NCBI GenBank assembly: GCA_951406725.2
Contig: OX597839.1
Location: 4,154,001 to 4,218,000, forward strand
Source: Octopus vulgaris
Taxonomy: Eukaryota
Direction: 5' to 3'
Length of the DNA stretch: 64,000 bases
Shown piece by piece: positions 14,428 through 25,949 of this stretch. The notes under the pieces were generated by a model. It was given only the letters and a program-made list of their open reading frames with translations, did no database searches and was not told the origin of the DNA. Position 1 is the first letter of the stretch. Each line of letters starts with the position of its first letter. A program made the translations under genes and the position numbers.

Positions 14428-17400
14428 TTAATAATGATAATAATAATAATAATAATTAATAGTTATCGCCATACTAATATGGCAGTCTTATAAATATAAG
14501 AATAAAGACTGCCATATTAGTATGGCGATAACTATTAATTTCCAGTAACGCTGCCGTAATCTCCTTTAGAGAGATTTAGTAATTTTAATATTTCTATTAA
14601 TAATAATAATAATAATAAATGCCCTGATGCAGTACCAGGCAGTGGCTCTCATGGCTTCTGGTCTTAACTGATTGGAAATGTTATCATGTAAATTGTTTTG
14701 TCTTGGTATAAAAAGATGGGCTACAGCAAATATTCTGCTCAATACCACAGATTTGCTTGTCAGTTGTTTGACCGTAACCAGTTGAGCATGTCCCTTAGTG
14801 GCTGACGATATGTGCATCTCTGATCCCGAGCAGAAGTAGTGGGGGAGCATCATAGCCATGTGTTGAGAGGGATTCTTTGAGGTTTGAATAATTCACCTTT
14901 GGAAACATGGGTGTTTTATTCAACATCCTTAAACAACTTTTATTCAAGGACCTTTTGAGCAGGATGGGTTACTCGACCAGAAGAAAATTCTAACTGGGCC
15001 CCACCTGCAAGGTCATGTGTTGTTTATCTTGATATGAGATCACCATGTCGTGCACATAAGGTTGCGATGCATGTGCCTGGTGTACTCTTATCAGACGGGT
15101 AGTCATGATGGGTATACTGGGCTTCGTATATTTTACCCCAGTGTCACTTTGATGGCATGCACTGCTCTCTCACTCAATAATAATAATCATAAATACCAGG
15201 CAGTGGCTCTCATTCTGACTGGAAGTTAAGATGATGATGATGATGATGATGACAATGAGAGATAATGATGATGAGAGATGATGATGATGAGAGAAGTGAT
15301 GATGAGAGATGATGATAAGTGATGATGATAAAGATGATGATGATGATGAGAGATGATGATGAGAAGTAATGATGATAGAGATGATGATGATGAGAGAAGT
15401 GATGATGAGAGATAATGATAAGTGATGATGATAAAAATGATGATGATGAGAGAGGTGATAATGATGAGAGAGGTGATAATGATGAGAGAGGTGATAATGA
15501 TGAGAGAGATGACGATGATAATCGTCACTATCATTGTCATTTTCACCATAATTATCATAGTGATGGCACTGATGGTGGTTATGATGATGACAATCATCTT
15601 GATGATGATTATGATAATGATGATGACAATGATAATGGCGATGATCATCATCACTATGATAGTGATAGATAGCAATTATGATCATGCTAATGATCTTGAT
15701 GATGAGGATGACAGTGATGATCATCATTGTCATCATATGATGGCAGTAGTGATGATGATGAAGGGGAGGATATTGATGATGAGGATGACGACAACAACGC
15801 AGTCAATGACAACAATGATGAAGGTCTTGATTATGATAAAAATGAGCGTGATCGTTACTAGCATCGCCTTACTGGCACCTGTGCCGTTGGCATGTGTAAA
15901 AAGATTCGAGCGAGGTCGTTGCCAGTACTGCCTGACTGGCCCCCATGCTGGTGGCACGTAAAAGCACTCACTACACTCTCGGAGTGGTTAGCATTAGGAA
16001 GGGCATCCAGCTGTAGAAACTCTGCCAGATCAGACTGGAGCCTGGGGCAGCCATCTGGTTCGCCAGCCCTCAGTCAAACCGTCCAACCCATGCTAGCATG
16101 GAAAGCGGACATTAAACGATGATGATGATGATGATGCTGTGGATGATGATGGTTATGATAATGATGATGATAACACTGTTCATGACAATGATGATGATGA
16201 TGCTGATTGTAATGGTCACAAAAGAAGGCATCCGGAGTACTAACCTGATGTATGTAGTGTATCTAAATACCGACAAGATGCCAGCTTCACTGTCTTCAGA
16301 TTATACTCGGCAGATGTCCCACCAATGACAATAGCTAAATGGTAAGGAGGGCAGGCAGCAGTGCCAAGGGTCTTTGAAAAATAAAAATAGACACTATAAA
16401 AATATTACAAAAAAGGATAAAACCAACAGGAATGTCTTAAAGATATCGCAACATCTGGTTAAAGATAAGTCATAGTGTCAATGTGTTAATCCTGTAGCAT
16501 TTAAGCCGACCATATCTGGCCATATTATCCTGCCTGTTTTATCATCAAACCAGTGAGATCTGACTGCTCACATCTTCCCTACAATATGGTTCTAAAAATA
16601 AACAATCACATTGTTGAAATCTTGAGGCCTTGAAATTATAAGTGATTAATTAAAAATGATGTGAATAAATAATTATTACAACTGACAGGTTTTGATCTGA
16701 ATGCTAAAGGCTTAAACTAGCCATATTCAGCGCAAATATTCTACATGCTTTATGTACAGACTGGCCATATCCAACCTCACACACTAACTCTACAATGTTA
16801 ATCTTTGCGTCCCTTTGGTTTTTCTGTGTGTGTGTGTGTGTGTGCACAAGTTTGCTCAATGCATACCAACACTAGTTGTCAAGCAATGGTGGGCACATAT
16901 GCACAAACACAGTTTACATTTGCCACATTCACTCACAAGCTATTGGTCACCCTGGAGCTAAACCAGAAGACAATCGCCCAAGGTGCCACACAGTGGGACT
17001 GAACCTAGAACCATGTGGTTGGGAAGCAAATTTCTTGATACACAGCCATGTCCACACCAACAATAACTACCATCATCATCCCCAAAGTCCATCCTCTCCT
17101 CACCGTAGTGGGGACGCTGGCAATGGGTAGTGTCAGAGCTATGCCGTCGGGAACTTCGGTTCCTGGTAGGGCCACCCAAGGCAGATTGGTCTGACACCGA
17201 GTGGTATTGGGGCTACAACCTGGCAGACGGGGCTCTGGTGAAAATCCTCGGAGTGTCTGTTTCAGCAACCGGCGGCTCCTCGGTCGTCCTGTCCCTGCGT
17301 CTGCGGACAATCTGCAGGAAACAGGATGTCTGTACATGCGGGATTGTTGGGGACCGCTTGTGAAATCCACATATTCCCACGAAACTTCTTCTATGAATTC

Positions 17401-20400
17401 TCAATGGTGAATACAATGGTGAATTTTCGAGATGCCTCGAGGGTGGTGGAAGAAGCCGACTCAACTGCCCAGGGTGAATGTCGCCACAAGTACAAGTAAG
17501 TAATCTAAAAATTAACAAGGACATCATCAAAATCTCAAAGCCACAAGGTTAATGCATGATTATTCAAAACAATGTGAATAGATAAGCATTACATTTGATG
17601 GAGAAATCTGAATGATAAAGGGTTAAACCAGTCATATCCATTATTATCATTCAGGTCATTGCCTGGAATCGAACTCGGAATCTTGGGTCCAGTAGCCCAT
17701 GCTCTTAACCACTATGCCATATGCCTGTGGTCATATCCAGCCCAAAATATTCAATCTGTTATGTCTCTATTAAATAATATTCATCTCTCACTAGATGGAG
17801 TACTTTTTTTGTTCATCTTACCATCACAGAACAGTACATTATACACACACACACAAACACACGACAGGTTTCTTTGGATTCTGCTAAATGTTATTTAGTT
17901 AGTTAATTTTTTGGCTCAAAAAGCAAAAAGCAAGGCCATGTAGGGGAACATGGAGTTATGTACAGGGTGGTGTTCATGTAAAGAGTTCAGGCCACTTGTG
18001 GTCAAGGGAGACTTTGAACCGAGCGGTCGTCGGCATCTTCACCATCTCATCTGGCAGCTTATTCCACAGATCCGCAACCCAGACGGAAAAAGCCCCTCTC
18101 CTTCGATTAAGATGAAATCGTTGCAGATAGAGCTTTTCGGAATGACCCCGCAGCCGACGCTCTGGAGCAGGAGTGAAGAACAGCTCTTTCGAGAGGTTAT
18201 ACTTTCCGCTTATGATGTTGTGAGTAAGAATGGGATCACCACGTCGTCGTCGTTTTTCTAGAGAATAAAGGTCGAGCGTCTTCAGCCTTTCTTCATAAGA
18301 CAAATTCTTGAGACCAAGAATATTTCATAAACAAAATCTTGAGCTAAACAAAACATAGTAAGATAACAAATTTTACCTTAATCTTTTCGTCAAAGAATTG
18401 GAGAAGTTTTTCAGGATTAAGGAGGGCTTTGGTTTGTTGGAAAAGAAATGTCTTGTTGGCAGAACCACCACCTTTGGCTAAGAAGAGAAAGTCATAATGA
18501 TTGCTGTTGGTGGAATAGATTTCAATCTGAGCAGGTAGGTTGGTACCAGTGTTGACCTCTTTGTACATATCTAATGGCGCCACCTGGAAGTATACAAAGA
18601 AATAATAACAACAATGATAATGATAATAATAATACTCCTTTCAACTATAGGTTCGAGGGCTGAAGTTTTGGGCAGGAATGTAGTCAATTACATAACTTTC
18701 AACCTTGGCAGAATTTGAACTCAGAATGTAAAGACAGATGAAATGCCACTAAGCACCCACACTCTCTCTTTTACTTGTTTCAGTCATTTGACTGCGGCCA
18801 TGCTGGAGCACCGCCTTTAGTCGAGCAAATCGACCCCGGGACTTATTCTTTGTAAGCCCAGTACTTATTCTCTTTTGCCGAACCGCTAAGTGACGGGGAC
18901 GTAAACACACAAGCATCGGTTGTCAAGCAATGCTAAGGGGACAAACACAGACACACAAACATACACACACACACACACACACACATATACATATATATGA
19001 CAGGCTTCTTTCAGTTTCCATCTACCAAATGCACTCACAAGGCTTTGGTTGGCCCGAGGCTATAGCAGAAGACATTTGCCCAAGATGCCACGCAGTTGGA
19101 CTGAACCCGGAACCATGTGGTTGGTAAGCAAGCTACTTACCACACAGCCACTCCTGCGCCTACTAATAAAAACATTTACACAAAAGGGCTTACCTGCGAA
19201 TATCGTAGATTGTTCCGTGTGAAAGCATTGTAGATTCCTTGAGACAGTGCTACATCATCTGGTTCCCCAGTTGTCCACACATATTGTCCTTTCTTGCCTA
19301 AATAGGAGAAGCAAAAAATAAAAAAATAAAAAATAAGGAAAACATGCAGATGTAGCTATGTGGTAAGAAGCTAGCTTCCCAACCACATGGTTCCAGGTTG
19401 TATCATCATCATCATCATCATTTAACATCCGTTTTCCGTGCTAGCATGGGTTGGACGGTTCAACTGGGGTCTGGGAAGCCAGGAGGCTGCACCAGGCTCC
19501 AGTCTGATCTGGCAGTGTTTCTACCAGCTGGATGCCCTTCCTAATGCCAACCACTCCGTGAGTGTCGTGGGTGCTTTTTACATGCCACCGGCACAGGTGC
19601 CAGGGGAGTCTGGCAGCGGCCACGATCGGTTGGTGCTTTTTACGTGCCACCAGCACAGAAGCCAGTCAAGGCGGCGCTGGCATTGGCCATGTTCGGTTGA
19701 TGCTTTTTACGTGCCACCAGCACAGAAGCCAGTTAAGGCGGCGCTGGCATCGGCCACGTTCGGTTGGTGCTTTTTACGTGCCACCAGCACAGAAGCCAGT
19801 CAAGGCGGGGCTGGCATCGGCCACGTTCGGTTGGTGCTTTTTAAGTGCCACCAGCACAGAAACCAGTCAAGGCGGCGCTGGCATCGGCCACGATTCGGAT
19901 AGTGCTTTTTACGTACCATGTTGTATGTGTGTATGAATGGTAAAAAGCTTGCTTTCCAACCACATGGCTCTGGGTTCAGTCCCACTGTGTGGCACATTAA
20001 GGAAGTGTCTTCTACTATAGCCTCGGTGGAGGCACGTGGCCTAGTGGTTAGAGCAGCGGACTCGTGGTCGAGGGATCACGGGTTCGAATCTCAGACCGGT
20101 CGATGTGTGTGTTTATGAGCGAAAACACCTAAGCTCCATGTGGCTCCGGCAGAAGGTAATGGCGAAACTTCTGCTGACTCTTTCGCCACAACTTTCTCTC
20201 ACTCTTTCCTCCTGCATCTTGCAGCTCACCTCCGATGGACCGGCGTCCCGTCCAGGTGGGGAACCTATACGCCAAGAAACCGGGAAACCGGCCCTTATGA
20301 GCCAGGCATGGCTTGAGAAGGAACAAACAAACAAAAAAAACTATAGCCTCAGGTTGACCAAAACCTTGGGAGTGGATTTGGTGGATGGAAACTGAAAAAT

Positions 20401-23400
20401 GCCCATCGTGTTGGTGTGAGTCTTTGAGCCTGTATTTGTTGACCCCTCACCACCGCCACTTGACAACTGTTGTTGTTGGTGTGTTTATGTTCTTGCAACT
20501 TATATCGTTTCAGCAAAATAAAATATCAGCGTTAATGACTTGCAGGCACATAGTGTTTCGTTATGTAACTACAAAATAGGGACAAGTGAGACCATAACCT
20601 GGTAGCCAGCCCACTTAAGCATACCTGTCCTTCTTGGGACACAAAACTCAGCTTGCGAAGACCAGTTGAGGCAAGTGAAATTGAAATCACTCAAAAATCA
20701 ATGGAAATTGTAGTTGTGATACCAGTGCCGGTGGCATGTAAAAGAACCATCCGAACGTGGCCGTTGCCAGTGCCACCCCGACTGGCCTCCATGCCGGTGG
20801 CACGTAAAAAGCACCAACCAATCGTGGCCATTGCCAGCCACGCCTGGCACCTGTGCCGGTGGCACGTAAAAAGCACCCACTACACACACAGAAATCAATG
20901 GAAATTGTAGTTGTGATACCAGTGCCGGTGGCATGTAAAAGAACCATCCGAACGTGGCCATTGCCAGTGCCACCCTGACTGGCCTCCATGCCGGTGGCAC
21001 GTAAAAAGCACCAACCGATCGTGGCCGTTGCCAGCCACGCCTGGCACCTGTGTCGGTGGCACGTAAAATGCACCCACTACACTCATGGAGTGGTTGGCGT
21101 TAGGAAGGGATTCCAGCTGTAGAAACACTGCCAGATCAGACTGGAGCCTGGTGCAGCCTCCTGGCTTCCCAGACCCCAGTCGAACCGTCCAACCCATGCT
21201 AGCATGGAAAGCGGATGTTAAACGATGATGATGATGATGATAAGTCAATACTATGTTCTCCTGTGTTAGCAGTGCTTTTTTACATCACATGTTAAGGTCA
21301 TCTTTACAGATTTTCTATAGAAATGAAAGCCAGCACTCATTTGTTATGACATTTCGTACTCGAGATGTCAGATGTAAACAAACAATGAGATCGATGATGA
21401 AAAATGGGTCACGAGTGTATATGCTCTATTTCAGGAGTTCTTGCTCCCTCATCAGCACCCATCCAACCCCTTAATCATCCACGAACTCATTACTTAAATG
21501 ACCACTAAATGTAGCAGTGTAACACTATTGGACATACTAGTTTTACATATCAAACACATTCCTTGAAGCTGGTATGTAAATATTCGTGATTTGTAGGGAT
21601 GCGGTATTTTGTTGCCGGTGGCACATAAGAGAACTATCCGAACGTGGCCGTTGCCAGCGCCACCCCGACTGGCCTCTGTGCCGGTGGCACGTAAAACGCA
21701 CCATTCGATCGTGGCCATTTGCCAGCCTCGTCTGGCACGTAAAAAGCACCCACTACACTCACGGAGTGGTTGGCGTTAGGAAGGGCATCCAGCCATAGAA
21801 ACATTGCCAGATCATACTGGGCCTGGTGCAGCCTTCTGGCTTCCCAGACCCCAGTTGAACCGTCCAACCCATGCCAGCATGGAAAGTGGATGCTAAACGA
21901 TGATGATGATGATGATGAACCATTATGAACTACAAAGCATATTAAATGTTTTTATTTGTAAACTAGATGACCCAGTGCTGTCAAAAATGATGGCTAATTG
22001 TAGTATTTTATATATAAATATTGAGTCAAGTACATCAACATCAAAATAAATATCAAATGGAAATTGTAGTTGTGATACCTGTGCCGGTGGCACATAAAAA
22101 GCACCATCCGAATGTGGCCGATGCCAGCGCCGCCTTGACTGGCTTCTGTGCCAGTGGCATGTAAAAAGCACCATCCGAACGTGGCCGATGCCAGCACCAC
22201 CTTGACTGGCTTCTGTGCCAGTGGCATGTAAAAAGCACCATCCGAACATGGCCGATGCCAGCGCTGCCTTGACTGGCTTCTGTGCCAGTGGCACGTAAAA
22301 AGCACCATCCAAACGTGGCTGATGCCAGCACCACCTTGACTGGCTTCTGTGCTGGTGGCACGTAAAAAGCACCAACCTATCTCTATAACTGGACTGCTAA
22401 GTTATGGAGCTGTAAGCATACCAACAGCAGTTATCAGGTAGTGATGGGAGACAAATGCAGACAGAAAGATACACAGTGGGCTTCTTTCAGTTTCCGTCTA
22501 CCAAATCCACTCACAAGGCTTTGGTTGGCCAGAGGCTATCGTAGGAGACACTTGCCCAAGGCTGCCATGCAATGGGACTGAACCTGGAGCCATGTGATTA
22601 GAAAGCAAACTTCTTACCATGCAGCCATGCTTCCACCTACACACATATTCATATAGGGAAGGGCATCCAGCCATAGAAACCATGCCACAACAAACTGATG
22701 GAACCTGGACAGGTCCCTGCTAGTGGTTGGCATTAGGAAGGGCATCCAGCCATAGAAACCATGCCACAACAAACTGATGGAGTCTGAACAGGTCCCTGCT
22801 AGTGGTTGGCATTAGGAAGGGCATCCAGCCATAGAAATCATGCCACAACAAACTGATGGAGTCTGGACAGGTCCCTGCTAGCCAGCTCCATGCCAAACTG
22901 TCTAACCCATGCCAGCATGGAAAGCGGATGTTAGATGACATTGATGATATATGATGCATCTCATATTGGTACTTACCCATACAGATAGCCGTTCCTGTAT
23001 CCTGACAGCCTGGCAGTACCATGTTGGCAGCAATGTTGGCATTCTTTAGCAACTCCAGGGCTACAAATTTGTCATTTTTTGAAGCTTCTGGATCCCTGAG
23101 AATATTTGATAATTGCTGAAAAATTAGATAAAAAGAGACCAATAAATACCGGATCTTTTTGGTTTGAAAAGGCAGTTTTTAACATAATTTCTAGGTAACT
23201 AAAAAATTTTAAACTTCATATATTGGTAGAATGTGTTTATAAAACATCTTTTTATCTGGGCTTTATTGAGAAAATTCTATAGTTTGTAAGATATTTATTG
23301 TTTTATCTTTTCTTCAATTTCTGCAATTTCAACCAATCGATGACGTCCAATGAGGTAAAAAGCATTCTGTGCCGTATGAATATGTCCCTCGTTTAAGAAA

Positions 23401-24480
23401 CAGATTGGGTTTATCTACATTTGTGAAGAAGAAGAAGAAGAAGAAGAAGAAGAAGAAGAAGAAGAAGAAGAAGAAGAAGAAGAAGAAGAAGAAGAAGAAG
23501 AAGAAGAAGAAGAAGAAGAAGAAGAAGAAGAAGAAGAAGAAGAAGAAGAAGAAGAAGAAGAAGAAGAAGAAGAAGAAGAAGATTTTGATTGTGTGGACCC
23601 CAAAAAGCTGATAAGGACCCTGGTTGAGAACTATTACAGCAGAAAAAAAAAAAAAGAACAATAGACTGTAAAAATAGTTACCTGTAGATGACCTGGCCTC
23701 AGTAAGTGTTCAATGTCCACGATGGCCCTCTCTGCCAAAAGAGTCAGTGCTTCTGAATCAATTTGCAGTACCTTCTTACCGTTGACGTTGACTGTTTCTA
23801 CATAATCACCTGTACAGGTGAGAGTGGAAAAAAAACATTAGGAATATAATGACCTGGTCACGGCATACCAGCATGTCTAGTTAAAAAAAGAAGCTATGTC
23901 CAACTACTTTGGACAAATTACTCAGAGTCTGAGAGTAAATAAAAAAATATTCAATCCATAAATGCCAGTCCAACAAAATATATATATGGTAGTTTCTGAT
24001 GAGCCCTACATGAAATAGAAAGTATAGTTTGTCTGACTAACAATTATGGTGTGGCTGTGTGGTAAGAAGTTTCCTTCTTAACCATTCTTCCTCACAACAG
24101 TCAACATGAAATGGACACACACATATGCGTGCGTGCGTACACGCATACATTCATGCATGCATCCATACATACGTGCACATATACATACTTCGTACATACA
24201 TATATACATGCATGCATACATACACACATACATACACGCACATATACATACTTCGTACATACATATACATACATACACACATACATACATGCATGCATAC
24301 ATGCACATATACATACTTCGTACATATATATATATACATATACATACATATATATACATGCATGCATGCATACATACAGACACACATACATACTCACACA
24401 CACATACATACACACACACACACACACACATACATACACACATACATACATACACACATACATATATACATGCATGCATG

Positions 24481-24511
<31 letters not shown>

Positions 24512-25929
24512 ATATGAGGATGTGCTGAAAAGTTTCTGAAAGACCTGATTGGAGGCCCAAGCTTCCAAATTGTTTTACAGGGTTTAGAAAATCTGAAGGG
24601 CCACTGCAATAAATGTGAGAATCTGAGAGGGGAATATGTTGAATAAAATCCTAATTAGCTGATCCTCCTGTATTCTCTTTTACCCAAAGCCAGGAACTTT
24701 GCAATATACCCTCGTATGTGTACATACCTATTTCTTTACTACCCACAAGGGCTAAATACAGAGGGGACAAACAAGGACAGACATAGGTATTAAGTCGATT
24801 ATATCGACCCCAGTGCGTAACTGGTTCTTAATTTATCGACCCCGAAAGGATGAAAGGCAAAGTCGACCTTGGCGGAATTTGAACTCGGAACGTAACGGCA
24901 GACGAAATACCGCTAAGCATTTCGCCCCGCGTGCTAACGTTTCTGCCAGCTTGCGCCTTCAAAATACCCTCGTATGTGTACATACCATCATCATCATTCA
25001 TTGTTTAATATCCGCTTTCCATGCTGGCATGGGCTGGACGGTTTCACTGAGGACTGGCAAGCCAGTAGGCTGTGCTAGGCTCCAATCTGATCTGGCAAGG
25101 TTTCTACAGCTGGATATCCTTCCTAATGCCAACCACTCCGAGAGTGTAGCAAGTGCTTTTTACGTGCCACCCGTATGAGGGCCATGCTTGAATGGTGCTT
25201 TTTACATTCCACCGGCACAGGAGCCAGTGAGGCAGCACTGGCAACAACCACACTTGAATGGTGTTTTTTTATGTGCCACCAGCACAGGAGCCAGTGAGGT
25301 GGCACTTGCATCAACCACGCTTGAATGGTACTCTTTACGTACCACTGGCATGGGTGCCAGTAAGGCAGTACTGGCATTGGCCACGACATTGATTTCATTT
25401 GACTCAACAGGTCTTCTCAAGCAGTTTATTGCCCAATGATTGAAGGGTACTCTTAAATGGGCCGGTTATGCTACACTAGCATAGGCCATGGTTACGGTCT
25501 CACTTGGCTTGCTTGGTCTTCTCATATCTCCAAAGGTCTTGTTTGCTTATCATCGCCTCCATGAGGCCCAACGTTCAAAGTTCGTGCTTCACCACCTCAT
25601 ACCAGGTCTGACCTAATGAGTTGGATAAAATAAACACTAGAGAAAGTACGGAGGTCAATAGAATAACTAAACCCCTCCTCGAAGATAGTGCTCCAGCATG
25701 GTTGCAGCCCAAGGAATGAAATTGGTAAAAGAAATACAAGAATAAAATGATACAAACCTGAAATTTTCTTCCATGGAACCTCTGGTTTTGCTTCGAAGTC
25801 CATTATGTCTTGGAAGATGAAGGGTTTTGTAGTGGCAGCTTTTGCCAATGTCCGTTCTAAGTGTAGGAAGTGGCGGGCGGCAACACATCTCCGGCCAAAG
25901 TGTGATAGCCATCGGGAACAGCACAACAT
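5289..25929 (-). CDS. fumA: Class I (Fe-S) fumarate hydratase, FumA/FumB-like, mitochondrial-type; 12 coding exons, 574 aa
   Basis: GT-AG exons 25929-25758, 23809-23682, 23115-22977, 19297-19194, 18583-18377, 16371-16245, 14305-14115, 12940-12830, 11847-11641, 9849-9730, 8036-7919, 5389-5289 are phase-compatible and sum to 1725 nt. Motifs [91 protein letters not shown] match E. coli FumA as I recall it. Confidence 0.97.
5545..5908. repeat. (GAGT)n/(GA)n compound microsatellite
   Basis: direct inspection. Confidence 0.95.
6661..6850 (-). mobile_element. ~190-bp dispersed repeat carrying a minimal hammerhead variant (Penelope pseudo-LTR-like)
   Basis: Similar copies at ~11050-11210 (+) and ~62046-62242 (-), each abutting (TA)n; fold UCUUU CUGUCGA a GAGC guag GCUC GAAA CAUA AAAGA at 6788-6751. 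Confidence 0.6.
7919..8036 (-). CDS. fumA: class I fumarase exon 11 ([40 protein letters not shown])
   Basis: cctgtcag acceptor, G|gtaagt donor. Confidence 0.96.
8236..9467. repeat. Minisatellite, 14 x 88 bp, in fumarase intron 10
   Basis: ATCATTACATATGAAGAGAGGGAAGTTAATGTGGG... recurs at 8236, 8324, 8412 ... with a 15th partial start at 9468. Confidence 0.97.
9730..9849 (-). CDS. fumA: class I fumarase exon 10 ([18 protein letters not shown]...LAKGNRSRQ)
   Basis: ctcatcag acceptor, CAG|gtcagt donor. Confidence 0.96.
11050..11210 (+). mobile_element. Second copy of the hammerhead-variant repeat
   Basis: CUUU CUGUAGA a GAGC guag GCUC GAAA CGUA AAA at 11081-11115; intact ACGU palindromic stem III. 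Confidence 0.6.
11641..11847 (-). CDS. fumA: class I fumarase exon 9 (IDMNQPMKD...[13 protein letters not shown]...[10 protein letters not shown])
   Basis: taattag acceptor, GAG|gtaaaa donor. Confidence 0.96.
12830..12940 (-). CDS. fumA: class I fumarase exon 8 ([25 protein letters not shown]...VVQ)
   Basis: tttccaag acceptor, CAG|gtgagt donor. Confidence 0.94.
14115..14305 (-). CDS. fumA: class I fumarase exon 7 (NEFGRAFRD...[38 protein letters not shown]), third Fe-S Cys
   Basis: ttctgcag acceptor, CAA|gtaaga donor. Confidence 0.97.
14454..14540. repeat. Perfect 36-bp inverted repeat with 15-nt spacer
   Basis: AATTAATAGTTATCGCCATACTAATATGGCAGTCTT ... AAGACTGCCATATTAGTATGGCGATAACTATTAATT. 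Confidence 0.95.
15230..15840. repeat. Degenerate (GAT)n low-complexity tract
   Basis: direct inspection. Confidence 0.9.
16245..16371 (-). CDS. fumA: class I fumarase exon 6 ([43 protein letters not shown]), second Fe-S Cys
   Basis: ttttcaaag acceptor, G|gttagt donor; absent from the ORF track. Confidence 0.96.
16814..17498. repeat. ~680-bp composite repeat, duplicated inverted at 31965-32628
   Basis: SINE fragment plus GC-rich segment, near-identical on the opposite strand at 31965-32628 (paired ORFs in the track). Confidence 0.9.
17905..18320 (-). mobile_element. CR1/L2-group LINE 3' fragment
   Basis: [22 protein letters not shown]...RLRGHSEKL...[13 protein letters not shown]...FKVSLD. 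Confidence 0.85.
18377..18583 (-). CDS. fumA: class I fumarase exon 5 ([20 protein letters not shown]...[12 protein letters not shown]...EKIK)
   Basis: cttccag acceptor, AAG|gtaaaa donor. Confidence 0.96.
19194..19297 (-). CDS. fumA: class I fumarase exon 4 ([34 protein letters not shown])
   Basis: tatttag acceptor, CAG|gtaagc donor. Confidence 0.95.
20026..20335 (+). mobile_element. tRNA-headed SINE (second copy 52690-52995)
   Basis: GGCCTAGTGGTTAG A-box, GGTTCGAATC B-box, body CCTGCGACGGACCGGCGTCCCGTCCAGG-like, (AAAC)n tail. Confidence 0.8.
20570..21241 (+). mobile_element. (GAT)n-tailed retroposon family C with internal GCCGGTGGCACGTAAAAAGCACC repeats
   Basis: Copies at 280-712, 1670-1930, 19403-19915(-), 21610-21918, 22020-22375, 25000-25610(-), 34822-35290(-), 41245-41510(-), 43960-44450; source of many spurious ORFs. 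Confidence 0.85.
21406..21469 (-). ncRNA. Type I hammerhead ribozyme, canonical core, in fumarase intron 3 (sense)
   Basis: Minus strand GGGUU-gg-AUGGGUG CUGAUGA GGGAG caagaa CUCCU GAA AUA gagca UAU A CACUCGU GACCC: all three stems pair; cleavage triplet AUA. Confidence 0.8.
22977..23115 (-). CDS. fumA: class I fumarase exon 3 ([12 protein letters not shown]...[14 protein letters not shown]), first Fe-S Cys
   Basis: tttttcag acceptor, G|gtaagt donor. Confidence 0.96.
23425..23582. repeat. Pure (GAA)n tract, ~52 units
   Basis: direct inspection. Confidence 0.97.
23682..23809 (-). CDS. fumA: class I fumarase exon 2 ([42 protein letters not shown])
   Basis: tacag acceptor, CAG|gtaact donor, phases 1/0. 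Confidence 0.93.
24515..24714. mobile_element. Decayed mariner-type MITE (related copy ~2575-2762)
   Basis: Ends TA-TGAGGATGTGCTGAAAAGTT ... AACTTTGCAATATACCCTCG-TA; the 2575-2762 copy shares internal sequence in reverse orientation. Confidence 0.55.
24729..24960 (-). mobile_element. SINE family B (AAGGCGGCGAGCTGGCAGAAACGTTAGC...), copy with long target-site duplication
   Basis: ATACCCTCGTATGTGTACATACC on both sides; B-box GAGTTCAAATTCC in the family. Clusters at 9988-10600, 12153-12415, 35498-36260, 38985-39340, 44735-45335, 47112-47337 (TSD TCTATCTGTGTACCT), 55022-55585. Confidence 0.85.
25758..25929 (-). CDS. fumA: class I fumarase coding exon 1 ([21 protein letters not shown]...PWKKISG), putative mitochondrial presequence
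   Basis: ATG directly follows tctttag acceptor; Arg-rich, acid-poor N-terminus; donor G|gtttgt, phase 1. Confidence 0.85.
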
Positions 25930-25949
25930 CTAAAGAGTGAGAAAGTGAG

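Noticed and set aside
23996-24025. CTGATGAG...GAAA hammerhead candidate
   Set aside because: The intervening GCCCUACAU cannot form stem II
5289-25929. Bacterial contamination as the source of the fumA-like sequence
   Set aside because: Eleven spliceosomal introns filled with host repeats and a presequence-like N-terminus
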